Shown here one piece after another: positions 53,392-63,106 of a DNA stretch of 64,000 nucleotides. The notes below the pieces were generated by a model, which was given only the letters and a program-made list of their open reading frames with translations, searched no databases and was not told the origin of the DNA. Position numbers and translations under genes: made by a program. The DNA is from Candidatus Omnitrophota bacterium (GTDB lineage Bacteria > Omnitrophota > Gorgyraeia > JABMRG01): assembly GCA_042577545.1 (NCBI GenBank), contig JBHPDT010000002.1, positions 1,574 to 65,573 on the forward strand, written 5' to 3'. Position 1 is the first letter of the stretch. Every line of letters starts with the position of its first letter.

Positions 53392-54333
53392 TTATAGCCA
53401 TTTTCTCCGTTTAAAATAAGTCAACATAATAACCGCGATAAAAATCATAATACCGATTACCGCTGGATAACCATACCTGCTAGAAAGCTCAGGCATATAT
53501 TTAAAATTCATACCATAAATGCTGGCTATTAAAGTCAATGTCTTCATAATCTCATTTGAACGATTCGATATAACAGATACATATACTTCCAAAGCGCTTG
53601 TTATAGTATCACGCGCTGTGGCGATAACATCATTAAGCCTGACAAGGTTATCATATACATTTCTAAAATAAGCTAAATTTGACTGAGTTATAAGTTCAAA
53701 ACCTCCTCTAAGAATAAGGTTAATTATATCAGCCTGCGGAGCGACAGTTCGACGCAGAAACATTATCTCATTCTTTAAATTATATATCTTATTCAAGGTC
53801 TCCTGAGTAGGCTCTTTAAAGAGTTCGTCACTCATATCATCGCCTCTATCGTCAAACATGCTGATAATTGGAAAATAATTATCAACTACAGCGTCAACAA
53901 CGGAACAGAGCAAGAAGTCTGGGCCATTAGTAATAACCGGTGACTTCTTCTGCGCCTTGTCTTTTGTATCGTTAACTGATTTCATGTCATCGCGATGGAC
54001 CGTTATAAGATAATTGTGGCCCAAACAACAGTCTAACTCAACCGTCTTTAACTCCTCCTCTTCACCCGGATCCAACTCAATAGCGTAGGCTATCATAAAA
54101 AGATAGTTGTCAAACTTCTCCAGTTTTGGCCTGGCATTTGGCATTATACAATCCTCTATTGTCAGCGGATGAAGCTTAAAAATACTTGTCAGAAGCTCTA
54201 TATTCTCGTCATCCGCCTCTTTCATATCCACCCAAAGAAGAGAGTGCCTGTCTTTCAGCGCGTCCTCTATCTCTTGCCGGTTAAGACCTGTCTTTATAGA
54301 TTTATCTTTTTTGTATAAAATTGTCTCATACAT
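53392..54333 (-). CDS. corA: CorA-family magnesium transporter
   Basis: C-terminal two TM helices with the YGMNF signature. Confidence 0.7.
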   Translation of the reverse strand: MYETILYKKDKSIKTGLNRQEIEDALKDRHSLLWVDMKEADDENIELLTSIFKLHPLTIEDCIMPNARPKLEKFDNYLFMIAYAIELDPGEEEELKTVELDCCLGHNYLITVHRDDMKSVNDTKDKAQKKSPVITNGPDFLLCSVVDAVVDNYFPIISMFDDRGDDMSDELFKEPTQETLNKIYNLKNEIMFLRRTVAPQADIINLILRGGFELITQSNLAYFRNVYDNLVRLNDVIATARDTITSALEVYVSVISNRSNEIMKTLTLIASIYGMNFKYMPELSSRYGYPAVIGIMIFIAVIMLTYFKRRKWL

Positions 54334-54345
54334 ATCATCACCTAT

Positions 54346-54915
54346 CTATTTGTAAAGGTTTTTGTTTCTTATATAATCTTCAACGCCTTGAGGCAGCAAC
54401 CCGTTTACACTATCTCCATTTTCTATCTTCACCCTTATCTCTGATGACGCTATATCGAGTGACTCAATATTGAGCTCACTTACATTAAAACGATCTTTCT
54501 TTAATTCATAGCCTGGTCTATGAGCAACAACAAACTGACATAACGTTGCAAGCCTGTCTATAGACTTCCATGCGCTTAATTCACAAAGCGAATCTGAACC
54601 TATCAAAAAGAATATGTCAGCATCCTCAGATAATGAATTCTTAAAATACTCGACCGTCTTTATCGCGTAAGAAGGCCCTGTCTCATCTATCTCAAAACGT
54701 GATATCTCAAACTCAGGCTTACCCTCGATCGCCAGCCTAATCATATTTAGTCGATGTTGGGGATCGATGAGTTTATCCGTTGGCTTATGGACAGATATAA
54801 AGGTCGGAATAAATACAACCTTATCTAGGATAAGCTGCGTAAACGCCCCTTGGGCGATATTAAGATGCCCATTATGGATAGGATTAAACGCTCCGCCTAA
54901 GAGTCCTATCCGCAT
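54346..54915 (-). CDS. nadD: Nicotinate-nucleotide adenylyltransferase
   Basis: N-terminal GGAFNPIHNGH (the (H/T)xGH motif) and overall cytidylyltransferase fold. Confidence 0.8.
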   Translation of the reverse strand: MRIGLLGGAFNPIHNGHLNIAQGAFTQLILDKVVFIPTFISVHKPTDKLIDPQHRLNMIRLAIEGKPEFEISRFEIDETGPSYAIKTVEYFKNSLSEDADIFFLIGSDSLCELSAWKSIDRLATLCQFVVAHRPGYELKKDRFNVSELNIESLDIASSEIRVKIENGDSVNGLLPQGVEDYIRNKNLYK

Positions 54916-54917
54916 TA

Positions 54918-56174
54918 TTATTTCCTTGTCTGGCCGTCGCCAAGAATAATATACTTGTAAGTTGTCAATTCCTCCAGCGCCATAGGTCCTCGCGCATGAA
55001 GCTTGTCTGTACTTATGCCAATCTCAGCGCCAAAACCAAACTCAAACCCATCAGTAAACCGGGTGGAGACATTACTATAAACACATGATGAGTCTACCTC
55101 TTTTAAGAAGCGTAATGCGATCTTAAAATCTTCAGTAACGATAGAGTCGGAATGGCTTGATCCATACTTTGTTATATGAGATATGGCACCGTCAACACCG
55201 TTAACAACCTTAACCGATAGAATAAGATCCAGATACTCCTCGTACCAATCAGATTCTTTAGCTCTGGTGAGACCATCTACTATACGTCTTGTGATATCAC
55301 ATCCTCGTATCTCTACGCCCTCTTCTTTAAGCTTTTCAATAACCGTAGGCAAAAACTCCCCAGCTATCTTCTTATCAACAAGAAGCGTCTCCATCGCATT
55401 GCAGACCCCGGGTCTTTGCACCTTGGCATTTATGCATATATCAAGAGCCTTTTTCTGGTCAGCCTTCGAATCTATATAAGTATGACATACGCCCTTATAA
55501 TGCTTAATAACAGGTATCCTAGACTTATTGGCAACAGCCCTTATCAGACTCTCTCCACCCCTTGGAATGATAAGATCCACATACTTATCCATCTCAAGCA
55601 ACCGAGAAACGGCCTTCCTATCAGTCGAATCGATCATGCAAATGGAGCTCTCAGGTAAACCGCTCTTCTTAAGAGCCTGGCGAAGTATATTATAAATAGC
55701 CATATTAGAATTAATAGACTCTTTGCCACCCTTTAATATAACCGCGTTGCCGCTCTTTAGACAAAGGCTGGCGCAATCAGCAGTAACATTAGGTCTAGAC
55801 TCATATATAATCCCTATGAGGCCCATCGCTACCTTCATTTTACCTATTATTAAACCATTAGGTCTATTCCACATCTTCTCTATCACACCGCAAGGATCGG
55901 ATAATTTGGCCACCTCTTCTATCGATTTAGCCATGCCCTCTATACGCTTATTATCCAATTTTAAGCGGTCTATAAGCGCCCCAGATAATCCTAGGGATTT
56001 TGCTTTAAGAAGATCTCTCTTATTAGCCTTTATTATCGCGCTCGATCCCACTCTAAGGCCCTTTGCCATAAGAATAAGCGCCTTATTCTTGGCCAGCGTA
56101 GATGTCTTTGCCAATATACGGGATGCTTCTTTAGCGCTCTTTACCAAGTTTTCAATTTTCTTATTTAGATCCAC
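54918..56174 (-). CDS. proA: Gamma-glutamyl phosphate reductase
   Basis: Aldehyde-dehydrogenase-like ProA family, ~418 aa. Adjacent to proB. Confidence 0.85.
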   Translation of the reverse strand: MDLNKKIENLVKSAKEASRILAKTSTLAKNKALILMAKGLRVGSSAIIKANKRDLLKAKSLGLSGALIDRLKLDNKRIEGMAKSIEEVAKLSDPCGVIEKMWNRPNGLIIGKMKVAMGLIGIIYESRPNVTADCASLCLKSGNAVILKGGKESINSNMAIYNILRQALKKSGLPESSICMIDSTDRKAVSRLLEMDKYVDLIIPRGGESLIRAVANKSRIPVIKHYKGVCHTYIDSKADQKKALDICINAKVQRPGVCNAMETLLVDKKIAGEFLPTVIEKLKEEGVEIRGCDITRRIVDGLTRAKESDWYEEYLDLILSVKVVNGVDGAISHITKYGSSHSDSIVTEDFKIALRFLKEVDSSCVYSNVSTRFTDGFEFGFGAEIGISTDKLHARGPMALEELTTYKYIILGDGQTRK

Positions 56175-56257
56175 CCCGTTAGACTCCTTTTCTTCTTATG
56201 CACATATAACACAATAAATATGTATTAAATCCCATTATACTCCAATAAATAGTAAGT

Positions 56258-57400
56258 CTAACGGGGCCTCAATATGACAAGATTATCTCTGTGCACAACC
56301 TCATCCTTAGACATTTTGCGTAATATTTTTTTCTCGATTTCACAAGTCTTCAATCCCTTTACGCAATTTAGCTCATCCGAAGAAAAACTTACCTCTCCTT
56401 TTGCAAATTCCTTGCCATTTGAATCAATAATGCTTACAAAATCGCCTGCCTGAAATTTTCCCAAAATATTTGTTATGCCAGCCGCAAGCAAACTCTTGCC
56501 ACGATCAACCAGGGCGGCTTTCGCTCCATCGTCGACGCGTATAGTTCCCTTGGATTTAGGGGCAGAGGCAAGCCAACTTTTCTTTGTCTGAGTCCTGCCA
56601 ACATAGCTAGGCAAAAAAGTGGTTCCTACTCCATCTCCCCTTATTATCTTTAATAGAACATCTTTTTCTCTTCCCTTGGCTATGGTACAAGTTATTCCAA
56701 GTAATTTTGCTATATTTGCCGCTACAATTTTACTCATCATGCCACCAGCGCCAAGTTTGCTTTTAGATCCCTTAACGATCTTCTTGATCTCATCTTCTTT
56801 CACATATTCAAAATAACCTATAACTTTATTGCTCACAGGCGAATAAACCCCGTCAACATCAGTTAAAATTATAAGCCTTTGCGCGCCTACAAGATCCGCA
56901 ACCATGTGCGATATATTGTCATTATCGGAATATTTAAGTTCTTCGGTTGCTGTAGTATCGTTTTCATTGATTATAGGAATAGCTTTAAACTTGTTCATAA
57001 TACACTTTATGGTCTCATGAGCATTGATACATCTCGCGCGATTCCCCAGATCATCGGAGGTCAACAAAACCTGAGCAGCGTGATATCCATGCGCCTTGAA
57101 ATTTTCCTCATACAGACGCATAAGTTTTCCCTGACCCACAGCAGCAATAGCTTGAAGCTTATTTATCGCCTGAGGACGTTGAGATAAACCTAATACCTGC
57201 ATACCAGCGCCGATAGCGCCTGATGATACGAGTATTACCTTGTAACCGCTGTCTCTCAATGCGCATATCTGCGCACTCAGCGACTTAATATACCCTGCGT
57301 CAAGCTTGCCTGATTCACCAGCCAGGACCGCAGTACCGACCTTTACAACTATTATGCCTTTATCCATCTCATATCCCCTAAAAATTACCTTCGGGGACAT
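56258..57400 (-). CDS. proB: Glutamate 5-kinase with a C-terminal PUA domain
   Basis: Amino-acid kinase fold (VVKVGTAVL...), with a PUA domain at the C-terminus. The probable true start is the internal Met MDKGIIVV. Confidence 0.85.
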   Translation of the reverse strand: MSPKVIFRGYEMDKGIIVVKVGTAVLAGESGKLDAGYIKSLSAQICALRDSGYKVILVSSGAIGAGMQVLGLSQRPQAINKLQAIAAVGQGKLMRLYEENFKAHGYHAAQVLLTSDDLGNRARCINAHETIKCIMNKFKAIPIINENDTTATEELKYSDNDNISHMVADLVGAQRLIILTDVDGVYSPVSNKVIGYFEYVKEDEIKKIVKGSKSKLGAGGMMSKIVAANIAKLLGITCTIAKGREKDVLLKIIRGDGVGTTFLPSYVGRTQTKKSWLASAPKSKGTIRVDDGAKAALVDRGKSLLAAGITNILGKFQAGDFVSIIDSNGKEFAKGEVSFSSDELNCVKGLKTCEIEKKILRKMSKDEVVHRDNLVILRPR

Positions 57401-57482
57401 TCCCAGAAAAAAGGGGACGGTTCTGTTTTTACCGATACCTAAAAAGGGGAAAAACAGAACCGTCCCCTTTTTTCTGCTGTCC

Positions 57483-58436
57483 CTAAACGTTTTTTGCCAA
57501 TTTCTTAACTAACTCCTCAGTTCCCAGCCCATCCTTGGCCGAGATTCCAATAATATCTTTATTGAGCCGCTTCTTTAAGATCCTCAAATTTTCTTTGGCG
57601 CCCTCAATGTCTATCTTACTTCCTGCTATAATCTGTTCCTTGCGAGAAAAATCTTTGCTATACATATTGAGCTCTCTATTAAGCATCTCATAATCTGAAA
57701 CTATCTCATCTATATCACTCTTTGAGATGTCTATAAGATGGAGATAAAACTTTGTTCTCTCAGCATGCCGTAAAAACTTATGGCCCAGCCCCTTGCCCTG
57801 ATGGGAATTCTCAATAAGTCCAGGTATTTCACAGACCTTAAATGTGATATCATCATACTCAACCACACCAAGAGCTGGGTTCTTTGTCGTAAATGGAAAA
57901 GACGCTATTCTGGGATGAGCCTTAGATATACAAGAAAGAAGTGTTGACTTGCCGGCATTAGGAAGACCTATAATTCCAATATCAGCGATAAGCTTAAGCT
58001 CAAGAAAAAGATTTATACTCTCACCCTCTTGGGGTAGAGTAGCAAGCTTCCGGCTTCTGTTTCCCTTACCGCCCCCGCCTCCCTTGGCAACTAAGAATTC
58101 ATCACCCTCTGATACTAAATCTTTTAAAAGTCGCTTCTTCTCATTTTCAAAAATTAAGGTGCCAGCTGGAACCTTAATTATAAGGTCGTCGCCATCGCGA
58201 CCTCTCTTCTGTTTGCTACTGCCATTACCGCCTTTTTTCGCCTTAAATATTTGGCGGTATCTAAAATCAAGAAGGGTGTGCACGCCAGTGCTCACCCTTA
58301 AAATAACATCGCCACCATTACCGCCATCGCCGCCATCCGGAGTACCTTTTCTGTTCCACTTATCACGATAGAGGCTATTGCAACCCTGGCCCCCATCTCC
58401 GGCTTTAACATTAATCTTTGCGGTATCAATAAACAT
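57483..58436 (-). CDS. obg: GTPase Obg/CgtA (short form without a C-terminal extension)
   Basis: Gly-rich Obg fold N-terminus (GDGGQGCNS...GGDGGNGGD) followed by G1 to G4 GTPase motifs. Confidence 0.85.
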   Translation of the reverse strand: MFIDTAKINVKAGDGGQGCNSLYRDKWNRKGTPDGGDGGNGGDVILRVSTGVHTLLDFRYRQIFKAKKGGNGSSKQKRGRDGDDLIIKVPAGTLIFENEKKRLLKDLVSEGDEFLVAKGGGGGKGNRSRKLATLPQEGESINLFLELKLIADIGIIGLPNAGKSTLLSCISKAHPRIASFPFTTKNPALGVVEYDDITFKVCEIPGLIENSHQGKGLGHKFLRHAERTKFYLHLIDISKSDIDEIVSDYEMLNRELNMYSKDFSRKEQIIAGSKIDIEGAKENLRILKKRLNKDIIGISAKDGLGTEELVKKLAKNV

Positions 58437-58447
58437 AAGATACCTAT

Positions 58448-58687
58448 CTATGCGCTTAACACATCTACCTTCTTTGTGCCAAACTTTACAATACCGCTAA
58501 TCTTCGCAAATAGCGTATAATCTCTTCCCATGCCCACGTTGATTCCAGGCTTAAATTTTGTGCCTTTTTGACGAATTATTATGCCGCCGGCCTTAATAAT
58601 TTGTCCACCAAATTTCTTAACCCCAAGCCGCTGGGCATTGCTATCTCTACCATTACGACTGGAGCCTTGTGATTTTGTATGTGCCAT
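58448..58687 (-). CDS. rpmA: 50S ribosomal protein L27
   Basis: [28 protein letters not shown] is a canonical L27 N-terminus. Confidence 0.9.
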   Translation of the reverse strand: MAHTKSQGSSRNGRDSNAQRLGVKKFGGQIIKAGGIIIRQKGTKFKPGINVGMGRDYTLFAKISGIVKFGTKKVDVLSA

Positions 58688-58766
58688 TGTAAACCTCGTT
58701 TTTTTGTTATTTTATTTGCAATTTGCCATATGCTATTTGCAATTTACCCTACTTTTATATCCTTTC

Positions 58767-58857
58767 AATGAGGTCACAACTTATGGAACGAAGTGACGTA
58801 AGTTGTATGACCGAATTGATCCCCCCTGCTTTGATTTTGAAAAAATCAAGGGGGGAT
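58767..58857. repeat. R-family composite repeat in reverse orientation (copy R6) between rplU and rpmA
   Basis: ACAACTTATGGAACGAAGTGACGTAAGTTGT hairpin plus the palindrome ATCCCCCCTGCTTTGATTTTGAAAAAATCAAGGGGGGAT. Both are also found in R1 at 10546..10640. Confidence 0.6.
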
Positions 58858-58860
58858 ATA

Positions 58861-59169
58861 TTACCCAACTTTTATATCCTTAACTTTTATACGCGTAAGC
58901 ATATCTCGGTGCCCTATCTTCCTGTGATAGCTTTTTCTTCTCTTAAACTTAAACGCTATCTTCTTCTCACCTTTAAGCTCACCGACTATATCGCAGACTA
59001 CTTTAGCATTCTTTACATACGGAGTTCCGATATTCACATCCTTACCTGAAGAGGTAACTAGAACCTTATCAACTGAAAATTCTTTCTTCTTATCTATTCT
59101 GGGTATATCGAATACATCGCCGACCTTAACTTCGTACTGTTTTGACGCAAGTTCAATTATAGCAAACAC
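58861..59169 (-). CDS. rplU: 50S ribosomal protein L21
   Basis: MFAIIELASKQYEVKVGDV is a canonical L21 sequence. Confidence 0.9.
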   Translation of the reverse strand: MFAIIELASKQYEVKVGDVFDIPRIDKKKEFSVDKVLVTSSGKDVNIGTPYVKNAKVVCDIVGELKGEKKIAFKFKRRKSYHRKIGHRDMLTRIKVKDIKVG

Positions 59170-59255
59170 TTGATCTCACTCCTCTCATTAATTTTAAGTC
59201 CCTAAGTATATCATATATAGATATATATGGCAAGGAAAAAAACACTTGAAAAATA

Positions 59256-59338
59256 AGTAACCAGTTGCCAGTTGCCAGAAACCAGAAAAAACGTGTATTT
59301 AAACTAATCTGGTTACTGGTTACAGGTTTCTGGTTACT
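59256..59338. repeat. W-family palindromic repeats (GGTTTCTGGTTAC) upstream of rplU
   Basis: Same motif as 21958..22122. Confidence 0.6.
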
Positions 59339-59344
59339 TAGTAT

Positions 59345-60841
59345 TCACGGCTTGATGTTTATATCTTCCACATGGAGCTTATCATCTGAAACGACTGTTA
59401 TGCGCCTATTAAAGGCCCGTCGCAGGAAGTTCAGGGCCGGGGCATCTTCGTTTACAAGTCTTTGCGCAACATAGGGATGCACCAATAGCTCAACAGCTAC
59501 TTTCTTTGCGCGGGAGCTCTTTAAAAAGGTTTTGAGTTTTCTTAACGCGACTATCGCCATAGTGTCTGCTGATTTTACCAGCCCCTTGCCGTCACAATAA
59601 GGGCAATTTCTATAAGAGGCGCTCTCAAGACTGCGCCGCACTCTCTGCCTTGTCATCTCAACAATATCGAGCTCAGAGAGAGAAATAATCTGAGTCTTTG
59701 CGCGGTCTTTCTTAAGGCTTTCTTGCAATAAAGAAAACAGTTGCTTGCGATGAGGCTGTATCTCCATATCTATGAAATCTATTATAACTATACCGCCTAT
59801 ATCGCGAAGCCTAAGCTGCCTTGCAACCTCCTCCGCCGCTTCTAAATTGACCTTAAAAACAGTATCCTCAAGATTCTTCTTTCCTGTAAATTTTCCACTA
59901 TTTACATCAATGGCTATCATGCCCTCTGTCTGCTCAATAGTAATATATCCTCCACATTTCAGATATATCTTTCGCTCAAAGAGCTTGTCTATCTCCTTCT
60001 CTATATTGAATTTCTCAAAAAGAGGTATATCCTCCTTATGAAAAAAAAGGTTTTTTTTCAACTTACCGTCAATTCTGCTGATAAAATGTCTTAGTCTCTT
60101 GAATTCCTGCTTATCATCTACAATGACTTTCGAATTCTCATCACCTAAAAAATCCCTTATAACCTTTGAGGCCATATCGAGCTCCTCAAATACTAAATAT
60201 GGCGGCCCGCTCTTCTTTGCCAACTTATTGATCTTACTATAAGTATCTTTTAGGTAACTGAGATCCTTAACAAGGTCCCTCTTGGTACACCCCTCTGCGG
60301 CGGTTCTTGCCACTAAACCCATATTTTCGGGTAATTTCATCTCGCGTATAATAGCCTTGATCCTTCGCCTCTCTTCATCGTCTTTAATCCTGCGCGAAAC
60401 ACCCACACGCTTAGACATAGGCATAAGAACCAAATATCTACCAGGTAAAGAGATGTTGGTATTAAGCCGGGCCCCTTTTGTGCCAATCTCCGATTTTGTT
60501 ACCTGAACCAGAATCTCCTGATCCTTCTTAAGAATATCGCTTATCTTCTGGTTAGAGTCATCACGTTTTCCACTGTTTTTTGGGTAGAAAAATCCAACAT
60601 CATCATCATCCACCGCCGTTGCGGTTATATCTGATACATATAAGAATCCGTTCTTCTCAAGACCGCAATCAATAAATGAGGCCCCCATACCGTCTAATAC
60701 GGAACTGACCTTTCCTTTATAGATATTTCCCACAATACTCCTACCGGACATCCTCTCAACAAAATACCATTCGAGCTTCTTTGAGCGAAGGATCGCAACC
60801 CTTCTCTCCCCAGCTTCTATGTTTATCAATATCTCTTGCAT
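59345..60841 (-). CDS. rng: Ribonuclease G/E family endoribonuclease
   Basis: N-terminal S1 domain and RNase E/G catalytic core; ~500 aa is typical of RNase G. Confidence 0.8.
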   Translation of the reverse strand: MQEILINIEAGERRVAILRSKKLEWYFVERMSGRSIVGNIYKGKVSSVLDGMGASFIDCGLEKNGFLYVSDITATAVDDDDVGFFYPKNSGKRDDSNQKISDILKKDQEILVQVTKSEIGTKGARLNTNISLPGRYLVLMPMSKRVGVSRRIKDDEERRRIKAIIREMKLPENMGLVARTAAEGCTKRDLVKDLSYLKDTYSKINKLAKKSGPPYLVFEELDMASKVIRDFLGDENSKVIVDDKQEFKRLRHFISRIDGKLKKNLFFHKEDIPLFEKFNIEKEIDKLFERKIYLKCGGYITIEQTEGMIAIDVNSGKFTGKKNLEDTVFKVNLEAAEEVARQLRLRDIGGIVIIDFIDMEIQPHRKQLFSLLQESLKKDRAKTQIISLSELDIVEMTRQRVRRSLESASYRNCPYCDGKGLVKSADTMAIVALRKLKTFLKSSRAKKVAVELLVHPYVAQRLVNEDAPALNFLRRAFNRRITVVSDDKLHVEDINIKP

Positions 60842-60842
60842 C

Positions 60843-61181
60843 TTACGCTTTCACCTCTGCTTTCTCAATGTATATGCCCTCAGGCAATTCTATTTGCAGG
60901 CGCTTCTTGAATTCATTGGGGTCGATATGCTCAAGTAATACAAATTCCGCTTCAAGACCCTTGCCTTCCAATCCAAGTTTAATCGCCTCTCTAATCCTTA
61001 TAATAGGTCGGGGGCTGAATCCCTTGCTAAAATATAGCTTAAAATCCGCTCTGCGTATAGCCCTTGAAAAAAGTCTCATTAGATCAAGGTGAGATATAAA
61101 ACGCATCCAATTTTTTTTGTTAAAATCGATGCTATAGGTAACTTTATCCATTATATATAAATTTCTTAAGCAAATATTCAC
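60843..61181 (-). CDS. DUF2344/TIGR03936-like small protein (radical-SAM-linked family, often adjacent to rng)
   Basis: ISHLDLMRLFSRAIRRA and FSKGFSPRP resemble the conserved core of that family. This rests on memory of the family, with no search available. Confidence 0.35.
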   Translation of the reverse strand: MNICLRNLYIMDKVTYSIDFNKKNWMRFISHLDLMRLFSRAIRRADFKLYFSKGFSPRPIIRIREAIKLGLEGKGLEAEFVLLEHIDPNEFKKRLQIELPEGIYIEKAEVKA

Positions 61182-61226
61182 AGGGGGGGGTATTATTTAA
61201 ACAAGAAATATATGCCAAAATATATG

Positions 61227-62738
61227 TTAATTATTAAACTCTAATCCCTCTGTATCTCTTATGGTCTTTCTCGCTGTCGTATCCATTAACTCTTTATCGT
61301 CCTGGTCCTCTTTTACCATTCTAACTGTCACAAATATCATAAGATCTGTGGTCTCTATATCATCTTCTGTCTTTGTAAATAACTGGCCTAGTATCGGTAT
61401 ATCCCCGAGGAAAGGAACCTTATTCTCATATTTTGAAGTTGTCTCATGTATAAGCCCGCCTATAACAATGGTCTGGCCATCCTTTGCCATAACCTGAGTC
61501 TCCGCCTTTCTCGTTGTAAAACGAGGCGCTAAGATAGTATTGGCGCCGGTACCAAAAGTGTCAAATTGTATAAAAGCGCTCACTTCTGGTTTTAATGTCA
61601 CGACAATATCTCCAGCCTCATTTACGTGCGGCGTAACAGTAAGTATAATACCAATATCCTTTTCAGTATAACCTGTTACCTCCATACTGCCGGTCTCCTC
61701 ATTTCTCTCATAAGTAGGTATATTAAAAACCGTTGAGACTGTGACCTTGGCCTCCTGATTATCTAATGTTGTTATTGAGGGATTTGCTATTACCTTTGTG
61801 TCTGTCCTTGTCCTTAAAATTTCCATCACCGCGCTAACTGAAGTAAAATCGAGTGTACCAAATGTAAACGCGCTCGCGTCAACCGTTGGAAATGCTGGTA
61901 AATTTGTAATAGGAAATGGTGGATCAGAATCAGGGTTACCAACCGGCAGATAGTGGCCAAACCTCTCTAAATAATCTCCATTACCTCTACTTCTTGAGAA
62001 TGGAGATCTCTGTCTCTCAAAAGGCATTGTAGTCGGCTGCGCCGAGCCTGAGGCGCTAATCTCCATCGTCCAATCTATTCCCAGATCATCATCTTTATCT
62101 AAGGTGGTCTCAATGATCTTCGCCTCTATCAAAACCTGAGGAGTTCTTCTATCCAGCCGGCCTATAACCTCTCTTACCTTATACAGATTTGTGGGTATAT
62201 CAGTAATAATTACCGTATTTGTGCGCTCATCATACTTTATCTTACCACGCTCACTAAGCGTATCTTTTACCGCCTCAGCAACATCCTTTGCTTGAGAATA
62301 GTTTAATATAAATACCTCATTCTGCAACTCTTCCTCAGCGACACTTGATATAGTAATTACCCTGATAATATTTCCCATCTTCTCAAAGGAGAGACCCTGG
62401 TTCTTCAATATAACCTCAAGAGCTGTCTCCCAGGGAACATCTATCAGTCGTATGCTTACCGCACCCTCTACATCGCTTGAGGCGACAATATTCGCCCCGC
62501 TCTTGACCGACAGAGTATGCAACACCGTCCTGATATCCGCATCCTTAAATATCAAGGTCACGCGCCCGGTCTTCTCTTCTGCCTCCTGGGCGTCTGTCGC
62601 GGCTTCATCAGGCGATATCTCCTTAGATGTTGATTCACCCGCCGGTCCAATGACACCTGCTGTCTGGCCAAAAGAGTAGGAGTTCAAATTAAGAACAAAA
62701 ATCAATATAATAAAAAATACAATTCCTTTTACCTTCAT
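61227..62738 (-). CDS. pilQ: Secretin (PilQ/GspD family) outer-membrane channel
   Basis: Signal peptide, a secretin N domain, and a C-terminal secretin domain ending VPFLGDIPILGQLF. Confidence 0.75.
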   Translation of the reverse strand: MKVKGIVFFIILIFVLNLNSYSFGQTAGVIGPAGESTSKEISPDEAATDAQEAEEKTGRVTLIFKDADIRTVLHTLSVKSGANIVASSDVEGAVSIRLIDVPWETALEVILKNQGLSFEKMGNIIRVITISSVAEEELQNEVFILNYSQAKDVAEAVKDTLSERGKIKYDERTNTVIITDIPTNLYKVREVIGRLDRRTPQVLIEAKIIETTLDKDDDLGIDWTMEISASGSAQPTTMPFERQRSPFSRSRGNGDYLERFGHYLPVGNPDSDPPFPITNLPAFPTVDASAFTFGTLDFTSVSAVMEILRTRTDTKVIANPSITTLDNQEAKVTVSTVFNIPTYERNEETGSMEVTGYTEKDIGIILTVTPHVNEAGDIVVTLKPEVSAFIQFDTFGTGANTILAPRFTTRKAETQVMAKDGQTIVIGGLIHETTSKYENKVPFLGDIPILGQLFTKTEDDIETTDLMIFVTVRMVKEDQDDKELMDTTARKTIRDTEGLEFNN

Positions 62739-63106
62739 TTATCCTCTCCTTTAAGTTTGAAGACATACTCTTCATCTTTGTATAAAAAAATTACACTTTC
62801 ACTCTCTATCTTTTTAATTGTTATTGTTCCTATGGTATCGTTCTCTTTTACAATAAGATCGTTAACAATCGCCACAGAATCGCCTTTAGGGTCATATATT
62901 ATACCTTCAAGAAAAATATCATTTACTGTGCTTATAGCTCCGTGAGTAACAACAAGTTTTCCATCTTTGCTCGCCAAAGGAACAAAGGGATCTCTGGCGC
63001 CCTTACTCTTATAAATAAAATCTTGGGCCAGAACATAGATTGGAGATAACCCTAAGAGAAATGATATAACACAAATGATGAGAATTATATTAAGAAATTT
63101 TGTCAT
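62735..63106 (-). CDS. pilP: PilP-like pilus assembly lipoprotein
   Basis: Small signal-peptide protein with an RDPF motif, translationally coupled to the secretin. Confidence 0.5.
   Translation of the reverse strand: MTKFLNIILIICVISFLLGLSPIYVLAQDFIYKSKGARDPFVPLASKDGKLVVTHGAISTVNDIFLEGIIYDPKGDSVAIVNDLIVKENDTIGTITIKKIESESVIFLYKDEEYVFKLKGEDK

Noticed and set aside
58690-58860. A prp (ribosomal-processing cysteine protease) gene or L21-leader-type RNA between rplU and rpmA
   Set aside because: No ORF is present. L27 starts with the E. coli-like MAHTK N-terminus, which needs no Prp cleavage. The spacer is occupied by R-family repeat R6 instead.
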